A program made the translations under genes and the position numbers. From Phoronis australis (taxonomy: Eukaryota > Animalia > Phoronida), in the NCBI GenBank assembly GCA_002633005.1, contig NMRA01000201.1:503989-567988 (forward strand): a stretch of DNA of 64,000 nucleotides, in the 5' to 3' direction. The notes under the pieces are model-generated. The model saw only the letters and a list, made by a program, of their open reading frames with translations, made no database searches and was not told where the DNA came from. Of this stretch, positions 26,501 to 39,500 are shown piece by piece; within the stretch, counting starts at the first letter, position 1; each line of letters starts with the position of its first letter.

Positions 26501-29500
26501 TTCAAATGGATAGTAAGCCATGCTTGTGTGCAGGACCTTATTATGTTATTGCGAGTATTCACAGATACATGTACGAATGAAATTTGTTTCAGTGATGGCG
26601 GAAAATCTGATTGGAACACTTGTAGGTACTCAAGGTGCATGCGCAGTAGAAATGGTCTCATGCTGGCCTCAGAAGTACTGCAGTGCTGTAAGCTGGGTAA
26701 CACTCAACAGTTTTTGCTGATTTGTGGCACCTGCAACAGTCTGTGACACAAGAAGTACAAAACAAATCCTGAATATATGAATAGTAGGCCTATTCCGGGC
26801 AGAAGACTTCAAAAACCTTGCACAAAATCTATTTGAACTGACTCCTAAGTCAATTTTCGCTCTTGCACGACTACCGGAAATGCAACCGAATACTTAAACA
26901 AGTAAGCAAAAATACACCAAATCAGCATGTTTCAATCCTAAGCCACCAATTGCAGCCGATTACTACGAACTGAGAGACAGTGCATTCAGACTGCCAAACT
27001 CTCCAGATTACAGAAACCAGATGGAAAGTGGGTATCGACTTACATGCTTACAAACCCAAATTGTCTAAAGAGTGTTTGATTATTCTTTTTTGAACCATTT
27101 ATTCCACAAACACATCTTTAAAAATCAAAACAATATTTTCTGAGTAAGTAAAATTATAAAGCACAAATAGACTACCATGGAATCCCAAGTTCTCGTAGTT
27201 CTACCGATCTTCCATGTTTTGGAATCTATTTTTCATCAATAAAGTTTGCATTCAAATACTTTATAAAAACTTCAGGATTTTATTTTTGTATTGTTAATAT
27301 AATATTTGGTAAAAAAACAATTCGAATACATTGCTTTTTTTAAAGAGGAATCCAAAATTATTATATTTTTATGTAAATGAAATTCGTAGCCGGTCTTTGC
27401 TGACAGCTGATTCCCAATGTCGTGCAAAAATAATGTGTAACACAAAAAAGGAACAAATAAGGGCCTACAAAGTTCGGCAAGCTAATAAGGTCCGTAGCAA
27501 GAGTTTGGGGTCTGTTCGGAGATAAATTCTAAGTATTTTTCCGTGAGATACAGACAGGAGAACCTAGATCTGTGTTGTTTAGACTTGTGATTTTTTGAGT
27601 TCTAAACACACAATCCTGGCCAGTAGCTCGGAGCCCGATCAGGCCCGTCCCGGCCGGACTGACTCATTATCCCGGCCAGTGGCTCGGAAGCCGAACAGAC
27701 ATCACGAACATAAACCATCCAAAGTTGGAAAGTAAACTTCCAGTCACGAAATAGTAGTGAGCTAAAGAAGTAAAATCCACGTGATTATGTTGGTTAATTA
27801 GCCACGAAACTGTAAATCTACTTACTCGTCGGGGGCCGCGAATTCAACCAGGTTCCGTTTTGGCCCCACAGAACCGTCACGGCTGAAGTTGTACATTGAC
27901 AATCATTATTTGAATAATGTAAATGTAAATAAAGATTCTCCTAACACCTGGCCGTAGTATAGAAATGGAGTTGTTTCACAACAGTTTCTGTCAGCAAACA
28001 CTAAATTAGCATGAGCCCACGCGGCCTCGGTGTCCCGTCAATTAGTTTTATTGCACCTAAAGCCGGTAACGCAGTGATTTATTCATTGCTGGCTTCTCAC
28101 TCACGAACACTCCAAAGGCATAACAAATTGCATCTAATGAGACAGGCTTTATTTCAGTTTTATGTAATTATTGGTAAGGGTGAGAATAACTCATTTTGAA
28201 ACAGAACGCTCAGTAATAAACGTCAACACGGCATTTCGCAATCCCGCGACTTAGACGAGAGCTCATCCTGACGAAGACTTCGCAGGTGGATAGTTAAGTT
28301 TCACAGGCTATCTTTTCGAACAGGAATACAGTGATGAAGAAATACTAGAGAGGCGCCGTGAGCAAGCTCAGACAACGGAACGTATGGATTGTTATTTGGC
28401 ATTCGTCAGGCACTGTCCTGCGACGACTGCAGGCCACAGACACGGAGATGTTTCACGGCCTCATACATGTACATGTACTTGCTATTTACAGCGTACTTTT
28501 AATTCTTCACTACCGCGAGCCACTTCCTAAGCAGTTCGGACTCTCGAGGAAGTCGAAAAAAACGATATACCCGCTTTCCTCGCTGCTGCATAGTTGAGAC
28601 AAGCGGGAACGATGCACCGCAACATAGCGGCATTAACTCGGCAAATGAACCATTGACGTCGCTGCGTCGTGTCTCACCTTCCTCACAGGTTAACGCGACA
28701 CCTCTCGGCCAGGTAAGGCCGACCGTATGCAAGACGATGTGGATATAGACCGATTAAGACGGCAAAAAAGACTAATTAAATCGGGTGGCATTCTCCTTTA
28801 AGACGTACACAAACATATAATACTATGAAACTCAGTCCGGAAACCGCAATTAGCATTATATCCGGGCTTTAGGCAATGAACACTCAGCAATAAATAAGAA
28901 TTTTAAACTGTTATCACTACATGTACATACAACAACAAGAGAAAAGAGAAAAGTGAAATTTGACATTGACTTACAACACATCAATAGAACAACAGGCCAT
29001 GGTAAACAAATGATGCGACAGATTTAAGCAGAATAAGATTGGTTTCAACACTGACATTTTTAACCATATTGACTTTGTCTGTCAAAGTATGGGATTCATT
29101 AACTGTAGAGAACACATCAGAGTTACTTTCGATGACTTGAAAAAGTCCATGCCGTTGTTGAAAATTGATTGAATGTCACCTTAATTGTCGCAGTATAAAA
29201 AGTGCTTGACAATAATAACGATGTATTGTTGCCTGTAGCTTGTCCGGTGAATGACATTACCTACTGCGCCAAAATGACTTGTGATGCGGGACCCACGAAC
29301 AAGATATGCACGGAATGTCAACTGCATTCCCCGTCAGGTGGCGCCTACCTCTTGACGGGCAATCAATGTTTAAGTAAGTATGGCAAGATATCTAAAGCAT
29401 ATCGCATTCGCTAATACAAACAGTGCAAGTACTATTTTACCAAAAAATAATGTTTTATGAGTTGCAAAACGGTTGTTTGTCAGGTTAGGATTTCCTCGGG

Positions 29501-30533
29501 CAATAGCTGAGATTGGCTCTAAGAAGTTTCTGATAGTTGAACAGATTTCCAATTACAAAATTTCAGCGTGTGGTTTCAGCTAAAACAATTACTTTCAAGC
29601 TTAAACTGTTTATTCTACTTCCAGACTGTACATTCACAATGCTATACGTGCATCCTGTAAGTCGAAAACATAATAAGTCGAATGTGACAAAAACTATGTC
29701 AAGGAACACATTCACTCACGGGTATAAAATCAAAGCGATTACTAATCAAAGTGGTTACTGAACACGAAATTTTTGTACTATGTTTGCCAGAGTTTGCTTT
29801 TGACTGTCATTCTTGGATTATAAAGTGAATTACGATTTTATCCGTCGCAAAGTGCCATTTTTATTAGCAAGGACGTTCATGAGATGAGATCACTCATTCA
29901 TATTTTAGGTTCATACAATAAACAATGAACGTTACTATTAACTCGTAGTCCACCTAATTTCAATATAATATGCTACATTGTACGTGGAGGAATTAAATTT
30001 AAAGACTAAGGATTATCTTAAATTATCAAGGCTTTGTGGATACAAACAAAATGAGGTGCATTTTAATAGTGTGACGTAATATGCAAAACCACGAGAATAA
30101 AAAAATTGTTAAATTCCACAGAATTTCATTTATTTTTTTCAGATTTAGTAGAACAAAGCTTCAACCATAGATTGATTTCTACAAAACTAAACTGAATATT
30201 TTGCACGCATCTGGCAGTTTAATGGAAATCGTGTAACAACAAAATGTCATTTTCGTCAACTTTTAGTGTGAATATCAAGTGGCATTAAAGACGGTAATTG
30301 TTGGTAAACGTACTCTAATTTTCGCCAACGAACTTGTTCAGCATTTGCGGTGTTTTAGCCGAAATTGAAATGTACAGACGAAAAGTCATGGGAAGATTTT
30401 GTGATTCAAAATTTCATTGCATTTCGACGTAGATTGGGCAATGCTTTGTTTGTTTGTTTGTTTGAATGTATGCGTGTGTTTGTGTGTGTGAGTGTGTGTA
30501 CGTTGGTGTGTGTGTGTGCACGCGCGCGCGCGT

Positions 30534-30593
<60 letters not shown>

Positions 30594-33500
30594 GATGCAC
30601 GTGTGTGTTCGATGACTTTTTTATCCTTTGGTGCATGTCTTGCAAGTGAGAACTACATTTATTAGCCCGAGTTATATAAGCAGACATTCCAACACACCAA
30701 CCTTTCATGACGATGCTATTGTAGGTAAGGTCTTTTACGTCTTCAACATACAGACTTTCCCAAATTTAAATTGTTTTTTCAGTCTAGAACGTTGATCTAT
30801 TGTCGTCTTGTTTTCGCAGAAAAGTGTTCATGGCTATCCTACACAAGGTGCTGGCCGGGTACATGCAACGACAGAGGTTTGGCGTCTTCGTGCAGTTGCT
30901 CATCTGGGTTCAAGGTCGTGTCCGGAGGCATTTGTCAATGTAATTGCTTTGGATCTTTTATACGCCGAAAAATGTAACAATTTTGTAAAATGTAACAACT
31001 GTAGCATTTTACGTGATTGTTACATCTTACGTTGCTAAGCATCTCCTAAAATGTAACAAGTTGTTACTTTTTATGTAATCGTTGCATTTTTCGACAAATT
31101 CACATCCGAGAAATGTACGCTTGTTACATTTTACAATACCAACTTCATGTCACAAAGTTAATGACACAAATCACGAACAAGTGGTATGTGACACGGTTGG
31201 GGTGAGTGGTTCCCGAAAATTTGTATAGCTATCTATTTTGAGAGTGGTCTCTTACAAAAATTGACCCATTTAGAGAGTAATTTTGTGTAAAATTTCCCAT
31301 TTTTGCACAGCTCGGTTCTGGAAATTCAGAAAATGCACCCTTTTGAATAGTATTTTGTGGAAAATGGCACCATTTTGGAGAGCATGTTTTGCTGTGAAAA
31401 ACACCCTTTGTAGGATACCCTCACACGGCATGAATTTGGTAACCATTATCATTATTTTCAATATCATTATTGTTATTATAATTATTTAATTTACTTACTT
31501 AAAACAGACTGTGTGCAATATACACAATACACGCTTAGCAAAGTGCTATTGCCTTACATTTCATTTATTGTTCAATGTTTTCGCTTGCCTTAATCCCATA
31601 ATGTACAGCGAGTGGTGCTGCCTCATAAGGATTTTAAAGGGGTTCCTAGGCTTAACCTAACAATGTTGTGGGAAACGTCTTGGCAGCTGTGGATGCAGAG
31701 TATGTATACTTTTTTTGGAATCGAAGAGGTTGAGATTTAATATCATGTTTAGACGAACGCCGACTTCAAAATTTGATCATTTCTGAACTATAGGCAAGGA
31801 CGGTACTTTTGCGATATAACCGTATCTTTTTGTAGTTCGCCACGAAGACCTGAATGCAGATTGTAATCGTTTACTTACCACTTACATCTAAACGTGAGAA
31901 TACCCACCGTGTTATCCTTTTTGTTTAAAAGCAATTTCGTTTTCAAAAAACTGGTACTTGTTCCACGATGATATGTCAGTTCAAAATTGCGTTAAGTTAA
32001 CCTCTGGAGGCTACAATTTTTTCGAGATCCGACGAGTAGTTAAAGGATCTTTTCCATCTGTACTGGTTTTGCAATATTGCACAGCCTTTTAACTGGATGA
32101 CGTTTAATGAATGGATTTGTTAAAAGCACAACAGTCAAGGCAATTGAGGTAACAGCAAGTATATTTTTGAAGACTGTGATGGGTTTGAATTATGTAATTT
32201 AATACTTCGTCATAGGAAACCACACATGTAACGTTGAGACACTTTTTAGTTAACAGTTTGTTTTTTCAAACTTTATTTTCTGAAGAAATTACATATTCGT
32301 CAGTTCCTCACACTCTCCCCAAAAAGCTGGAGTCCGCCATTTGCTGAAGAGCAGACGAAACTATTGCGCTTTGCCGGTAACGACATTTGGTAGGTCTTTG
32401 ATTGATCTGGTCGCGTTGTTTTTTTGTTTTTCTTTCTTCTATTTTTGGCTTTTAAACTTGCCGAATTGACTCCCTTCATTGCAGAAAAAACAGGGAAAAG
32501 CCACCCCAGCTCACGACCCGACTCCTTGGCCCTGTTGTGGATTGTGGATCGAGGGGCTCGTGGGTCGTGGGTAGAGGGGGGGGTCGTGGGGCTTGAGTGG
32601 GCTCTGAACAATCCAATAATTAAAAGTCATATCTTCCGTTATTCAATAATTACAGAGACCTAACGTTTTCTTCCTTGTTCCAGTGGAATCCATTTTTCCA
32701 AATCTACTCACCTGTGAGACTAGAGCCGTGAGTTCCAGCAACGAATACGCCGATTCCAAGATACCAACAGGACAAGCGACCTCGTGCGCAAATCAGCAAG
32801 ATTACTACAGCAATTTCTCCCCTGTTCGCGTTAACTATAAGTATACATTCCAGTTCAAAGTTACCGGCTTGCCTTCCACGCCGAGTTGGATTGCTGACTA
32901 CCATTTTGGTACCACGGCAGCGTACACGCAAGTCATAACTTTCAAACACAATGGTAAGTTAGAAGCGCTTCTTCTTGGATTGGATTTCGATAAGCATTTC
33001 GTATCATTATCCTTCCGCTGATACTTATATTTCCTGAGTGGCTTGAAACACAGTAAGGAGCTTTAGTTATTTCTTACGAAATACAATAACTGATAAGTAC
33101 AGAGTTTTATTTTACCGTAAATGGACGTATTGTATGAAAAGAATCCAAAAGTTGGCACCCACGCCAGTCGATATAGTGGTCAACTCGCCCGGATCGCTTA
33201 CCGCAATCTTCAAAGACACTATAAAGTTGCAGGCAATTGCATCCCTGCGGACGCCACAGGGTGGTGATGTTATACATGTACTTTACATGTAGTTCTCTAG
33301 ATAATCAGACTCATAATAAACACACTGAGGAAGACAATAGTATTTTTTAAGTTTTCGTTTGAAAAAAACTTAAATAGTTTATTTGAATAGTTCGTGAAAA
33401 GCACAAGTGGTTTGGTTTTTGAATTTTGGAAATCGAACAATCTAAAAATTTTAAGAGTGTTGACACCCTCCTGCTTGTCTTTAATTCTGCTGGGTGTGCA

Positions 33501-36500
33501 ACACAATTGGGCCAGTTACCAAACCACCAGGAAGCAGTTGGAACTTGACGTACAATTCCTGGCATGGGCCTGTTGACTTACGTTTGAAGTCACGCGTATA
33601 TTTGTAATTAAGCGCACGCGTCTATACGTGAACCACTTGAGTCAAACTATGATGCTCTGGCGTACCCCATTATGATAAAATGACCACTGCTAGTTGGCTA
33701 GAGGAATGCAGTGAAGGTTTGTTTCCAATGACGTAAGGTCACTCACTAAGTCTGGCCACCTGTACTTGTGAATGTAAGTAGGTTTACGCATTGGCTTTCA
33801 TCCATATCAATAACTCGTTTGCTTTTCTGTTGGATTTTGCAGGCTTATGATAACGTCTGATGGGAATTTACCCCCAAAAGACCGTCCTGCAAGAGCGCCC
33901 ATTCAAAACCATAAATTTGCAAGGATATTAGAACGATTTTGGTAACTTTCAAGAAAATCTCGTCATGAATTCTCAACCGTGCGTTAATCCAATAAGTTGA
34001 GCTTTTTTGAACTGACGATGATGGTGCTGTGTTAGTGCAAAACCGTCATTGTTCACGAGAATATATTTTGTGTTGGTGGGTTGACAAAACATGATTTCAT
34101 CGTTAATGGAATATACTGTAATTGTGTATGACTTGCTGTTATCAGTGCCAAGTATCCAGAACGTACAGTACTTTGCGTCGTAAAGAATGCCCATACTTCA
34201 GTCAATGTCAGAAACATTCGTTTGAGGCGTTCTTTCGGACATTGATGAAATTAGAGCAGGGACTGGTTTACATGTATATTAAATTAGAAAACTAAATAAA
34301 TTGGAACACGAACAGATGAGCTGCCGTTGCTTGGATTCTCAGAGTATTTCATTGAAATCTGGTCTCGCCACTTTTAGAAAGTAACACGATTTCGGGTCGT
34401 GGGGCAGGTGATTGAATGTTATGCATTTGCTTATACATGACAATACATGTACGCTGTTATTGCATTCTGGCATATTGTGCACGTGCTTTGATGCGTCATA
34501 CAATTTCATTATAGAACCTTCAGGACAGTGCTTTCAGGATTCCAATTCCCGTTTACTTCCGTACACGGCATACTGGTCACATAAACAGAGCACTGTTGAG
34601 ACATGTGTTGAGGCTTGTCGCTCGAAAGGATACAAGTACGCTGGTCCTCAATATCACGAGCAGTGCTTTTGCGGGAACACGTTCGATATAGGGAAACTGA
34701 GACCGCAATCGGAATGCAACACCAAGTGCAGGGGAAGTGACGACATGTGTGGCGGAAGTTGGAGATTAAGCATCTATTTCACCAGTAAGTAATAGTCGGT
34801 ATCACGGTAATGTCTTCATGCATATACAATCATTGCAGTTGGACATAAATTAGCTGTTTGAGGCTTGATGACAAACCGTGTTACAAGCAAGTGGTATTTT
34901 CTAACTACTCTCAGTTACCCTGATATGTATGTCGCCAAGTGGAATGTACATGTAATTGCGCCAGGATAACCCTTTTGTTATCAATATACATGTATGATGT
35001 TACCCACGCCACGTTATAAGACGTATTGAGGAGCTGCATTTTTTGTTTTATCAAGAGTGTTTCATAACTAGTAGCACAACTCTTTAGCTCGTAAAATCGA
35101 TCCCGTTAATATCTTATATTCTGGTTGGACTTGATGCCCGTTACCAAATAAAAAATTAAGACCAAGAAAACGCTTCAATTTTGGGGATTGGTCAACCTAA
35201 AACTACAAGGTTAAATCGTCGAATATACATGTACATATTCCTCCTATTTGTCAGCTCATTCGGCAACGAATAAGGATCGGGTGAGTTTGGTCGTATTTTT
35301 AATCCAAAGTGTTTTGGTTTAGAATTTCAACTTTGATAACTGAATAGCGGCAAAATACCCCTTTAAGGTTACATGTACATAGTACGTACATGTAGGATTC
35401 TAGAAAAGTTTTCTAATTTCACTTAGTTTGGAATATCACATATCAAAAATATCCGATCGTATTCATATCAAACTTGTACACGTTTTGTGCATTCTAACAG
35501 TTCCACTTTTGCATGAAGGGCTATAAAATAAACCTATCGCAGTTTTTATGAAATGAACTTTTAAGTTGCTTGAAACGCAATCAAATGATAATTTTAGAAA
35601 ACGACTTTGAGCCGGGAGACCAAGAGGAGTACTATTTTCCATTTAACTTAGTGGTATATTGGCATGTATTTTTGTAAGCGGCCTTCCTCATTCAAATCAT
35701 CAACATGGTCATAAAAAAATATTACGTAAAACTTTTTAACCTTTATAAAGAATTGTATTGCCAGTATTTTAACTTCGTGGAAGCCTGTTAGGTACCAAAT
35801 TATATTATCTAAAATGTTTTATACTGTGGGTCTGTGGGCCATTAAAAGCAGATCAGACCAGTGAATTGAAAACCTAGGGTGTGATCACGAGAAGTGATTT
35901 TAGGCTTGCAAATACGTCACAGTTTGTTGTAATTCGAGGCTAAAACCACCCTTGGAGTACAAAAATGTGCTGGTGTGGTAAATACAACGTGTTAAGTCTT
36001 TTCCCAAGCAATAAAGAAAGCCATTTTTCTAAGTCCAGTACCCTGCAGCAACCACAGTAAGACCCAAGAGATGACTTTTGTAACATGTAGTGGTCTAAAT
36101 CAAAGTGTTAATACGGAAATAACTTTGGTAACTGCGTCAACAGTTCTTGACAAAAATATATAATTACGAATGCTTTACGTAGGCCTACAACTTTTTCCCT
36201 GAATTCGTTTCAGCGCCGTATAAAAGTCCGTATGGTTCGTTAAGCAGCTGCACTCACAGTTACAGTTCCACTTATGGCACTATACAAGGGTCAGCAGTTA
36301 CGTGCACGAGTCACCGAAACTTTGAAGGAATTGCCTTGCAGAACGGATACAAGTAAGCACCCTAAAATCGATACTTTAATCCATTCACAGCACTCGAGCT
36401 CCAAATCAGAGTTTTAATAAAAAATACAGCTTGGTTCTGCCGGATTGTCGCTTCCATGCAAGGTGTGTGTGTGTGTTGTTTTAGGGCACTGAGACCCCGA

Positions 36501-39500
36501 CCGGGGGATTTACTGAGACATTACGATCAAGAGGTTGAAAATTTTCTGTCGTGGCTTCGAGGGGCAGCTCAAATTTCTAAGGACCCCACATCCCATGGGG
36601 TTTTGATAATCTTTTATCCAGTACAATATATTAAACACTTTAATCTGGCACTGTGCAGCGCGATACTCAATACCCATCTTCAAATATAAAAACATTTTAA
36701 CAAATACTGTAGTCATGTATGTAGCTGCATGAACAGACGCAACTGAAAGACCTTTGTTAATTGTGGCAGTAGAAGTCAAGGTACTGTACAATTACATGTA
36801 CTATGACAACGTTCGTAAGTGGACAGACGGTGCATGCTCAATTAAGACAGTTGTGGTATTGTGAAAACTAATTGACATACGCGTGAGATTTCCTGCCTGG
36901 TGTACTGTGCGGCATATATGAAAAATAGATGAAGTGAATCGCACAAAGATGGCTGATGGTGCTATTAATCTCACACTTGAACGTCTACACGCGGAGGAAT
37001 AAAAAGTTTGTTCCGGTGTTGCTCCTTGCTATGTAATAGAGGACTTAGAGTCAAATGTTTGTTTATCACAAGTGAAGCAGGTTAAGAAGTGTTATCACCG
37101 AGAACGTAATAAAGTTCATTTACAATTTTGTTCACTTTGCGGTCTAACCGCCCTAAACATTGTCAAACGGAGAACCGTCTGCTTGTGATTCGGCGTGTCG
37201 GAAACACGAGTGAAAACAAAAATAATCTGCCTGCAGTGCTTAGTACGGAAATTATAATCAAAAATAAAACTTTGAATAATGGCGGCCTTCACTTGCATAT
37301 TTGAAAAACCGCTCAAGGTTGCGAACGGTCACCCCCTAAATCATGAATGTCTATGCTTAGGCCACATAAAACAGCAAAGGAAAAACTTTGTCCAGCCAAC
37401 CAAGATTACGTAAAAAACAGGATTTGGCTCCTGGACTAGAAAATGGCATTCCATTCTTACAATTCCATGATAAGCGGGAGATCCTCAGAGGCAAATTCCG
37501 CTTCAATGATGCCCATCGAAGTGTACAATACAATGCAATACAATCCATATAAGCAATAGGAAATATAATAAAATTATTGTATACTATTATACAAACAAAA
37601 TGGTGATACCTATCACCACTCCACAGAATACAACATGATGTCTATAGAACACATTGCCAATGTGCAAGTGATAACTACATTTACATCATCAGTGTACATC
37701 TGTATTTATGTCTGGGCGCGTGTGTATGTGTGCGTGTATGTCTGACGCTCTTTTGCATGGCGCTGACAGACGATGCAAAACTTAAACAGCAAAATAACGA
37801 TAGAACTACATTTTTCAGCGCAGGTTTCTAATTTGAATTCTTCAAGGAAGAATGTATTTTTAATGACTTTGTGGCACATCGTTGGTGCCCCAAAGCTTGG
37901 CTTACCAATCGGGCACTGTACTGAGAATCACATCTGTCTAGTTGTTGACAAATTAGACCAGTTGAATGAAATAGGCGAACATTCTGAAAAAAATTCACAC
38001 CATGACCCCGGCCTTCATGGTATACCTCTTAGCTTCAGAAATTAATCCGATTAATGTGATTTGATTGAGATTTAAAGTTTTCGCAAAACTGAGAAGGCGA
38101 ACCCGGGTTTTGTATTCTTGCTTAAATAATTTTTATTTAAGGAGTTCTGCGAACTCAGAACACCGGAACGCTTTCGGTCGTAGCCTATGTATAAGCAAAT
38201 GCTTGTTTTTCGCGCCAATGTATACAAATGAAATGTGCCCTTACCCTCATTTGAATTGTGTTTCAGATACTGCATGCTGTACGAGGCCAGAGGGGGCGGT
38301 TACTTTAGAACAAGAAATACCGTTAATAACGCAATCGGTGGACCATACTTCTACCCTCAAGTCAAAAGCTCAAATATGGTTTGCATGTTATATGACAGTG
38401 AGCCTCCCACCCACTGTTCTCAAACAAACAGCTGCCCTTCATCCGCTTCTTACCGAGTAGATCCCGTGGGTATTGCTACAAGGATCACCAAGGATTCAAC
38501 TGTTACGGTAACCTACGGAGGTTGGTCGGACCCTGTACATACGTCAGCCTTTCCGGAGTCTGCATCTGGGGTTGATCACTTGGAGCTAGGTCTTTACGGT
38601 ATGGTCGAAAAGTCTTCCACACTCATCGGAGTTGGATCTAAGATTGGCAGTACTAAGAAAGTATCCAATGGGGCAGCCTCGATACAGTTTGCTTTACCAG
38701 GTCAAGGCTTATATGCAGTGATATTGGATGCCAAAGACATAGCCAACAACGTCCGAAGGGCCAGGCGATTCGTCCTCTACGACCCGACGTCTAAAGTCGT
38801 AATAAGTACTTCACACCCTTTGAGAGTGACATCTGCCGCCGCTAATACCAACTATCTTTGGCAAACTAATCATGGTAAAGTAACAGTGCAATGGAGCCAA
38901 CATTTCTACAACGATTTTCATGTACATAATAACATGTTGCGTCAAATTCAAGCAGACGTTTTAGTTTCTGGATATTATGACCAAACAACAGGTGTCCTAC
39001 CGGTGTCTGGTACGCCCAATGTGGATGGAATAACTGAATTTAACTATGGTATTAATTCACTCCAAAGCAATGCTGTGCCGCCGTTGTCGTTGGTGACTCC
39101 GGCGCGGACAACGTCACTAACACTCAGTCCGACAATGCAAGATGGTCTGCAATACAAAATATGGATCCAGGCTACGGACATCATGGGAAACAAAAATATC
39201 GACAGCGCTACACTCAGTATTGATTCGACACCTCCTATCATATCGAAAGCCGGCGTTGTTAATAACGGCAAGAAAGAGCTGTTCGTTCACAGTGACTCGG
39301 ATTTGTCGAAGATGTCTTTTGAGTTTAATGCCATGGACAGCCACAGTGGTCTTCATGAAGTTAAGTGGAAGCTCGGAACGACAGCTTTGAGTTCGGACAT
39401 TAGCCAGGGGTCAATTGCAGTCAAAACGGTAAGGTTGTTCAGCCAACTGCGTTTGATCACCCTATTGCACAAAGTTAGCTATAAACGTGTCCCACAATAC

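Noticed and set aside
30365-30708. CV/HT-repeat ORFs (also 14380-14654)
   Set aside because: Translations of microsatellites.
30965-31135. Clustered TGTAACA/TGTTACA motifs
   Set aside because: Probably subterminal repeats of a decayed MITE; no definable ends.
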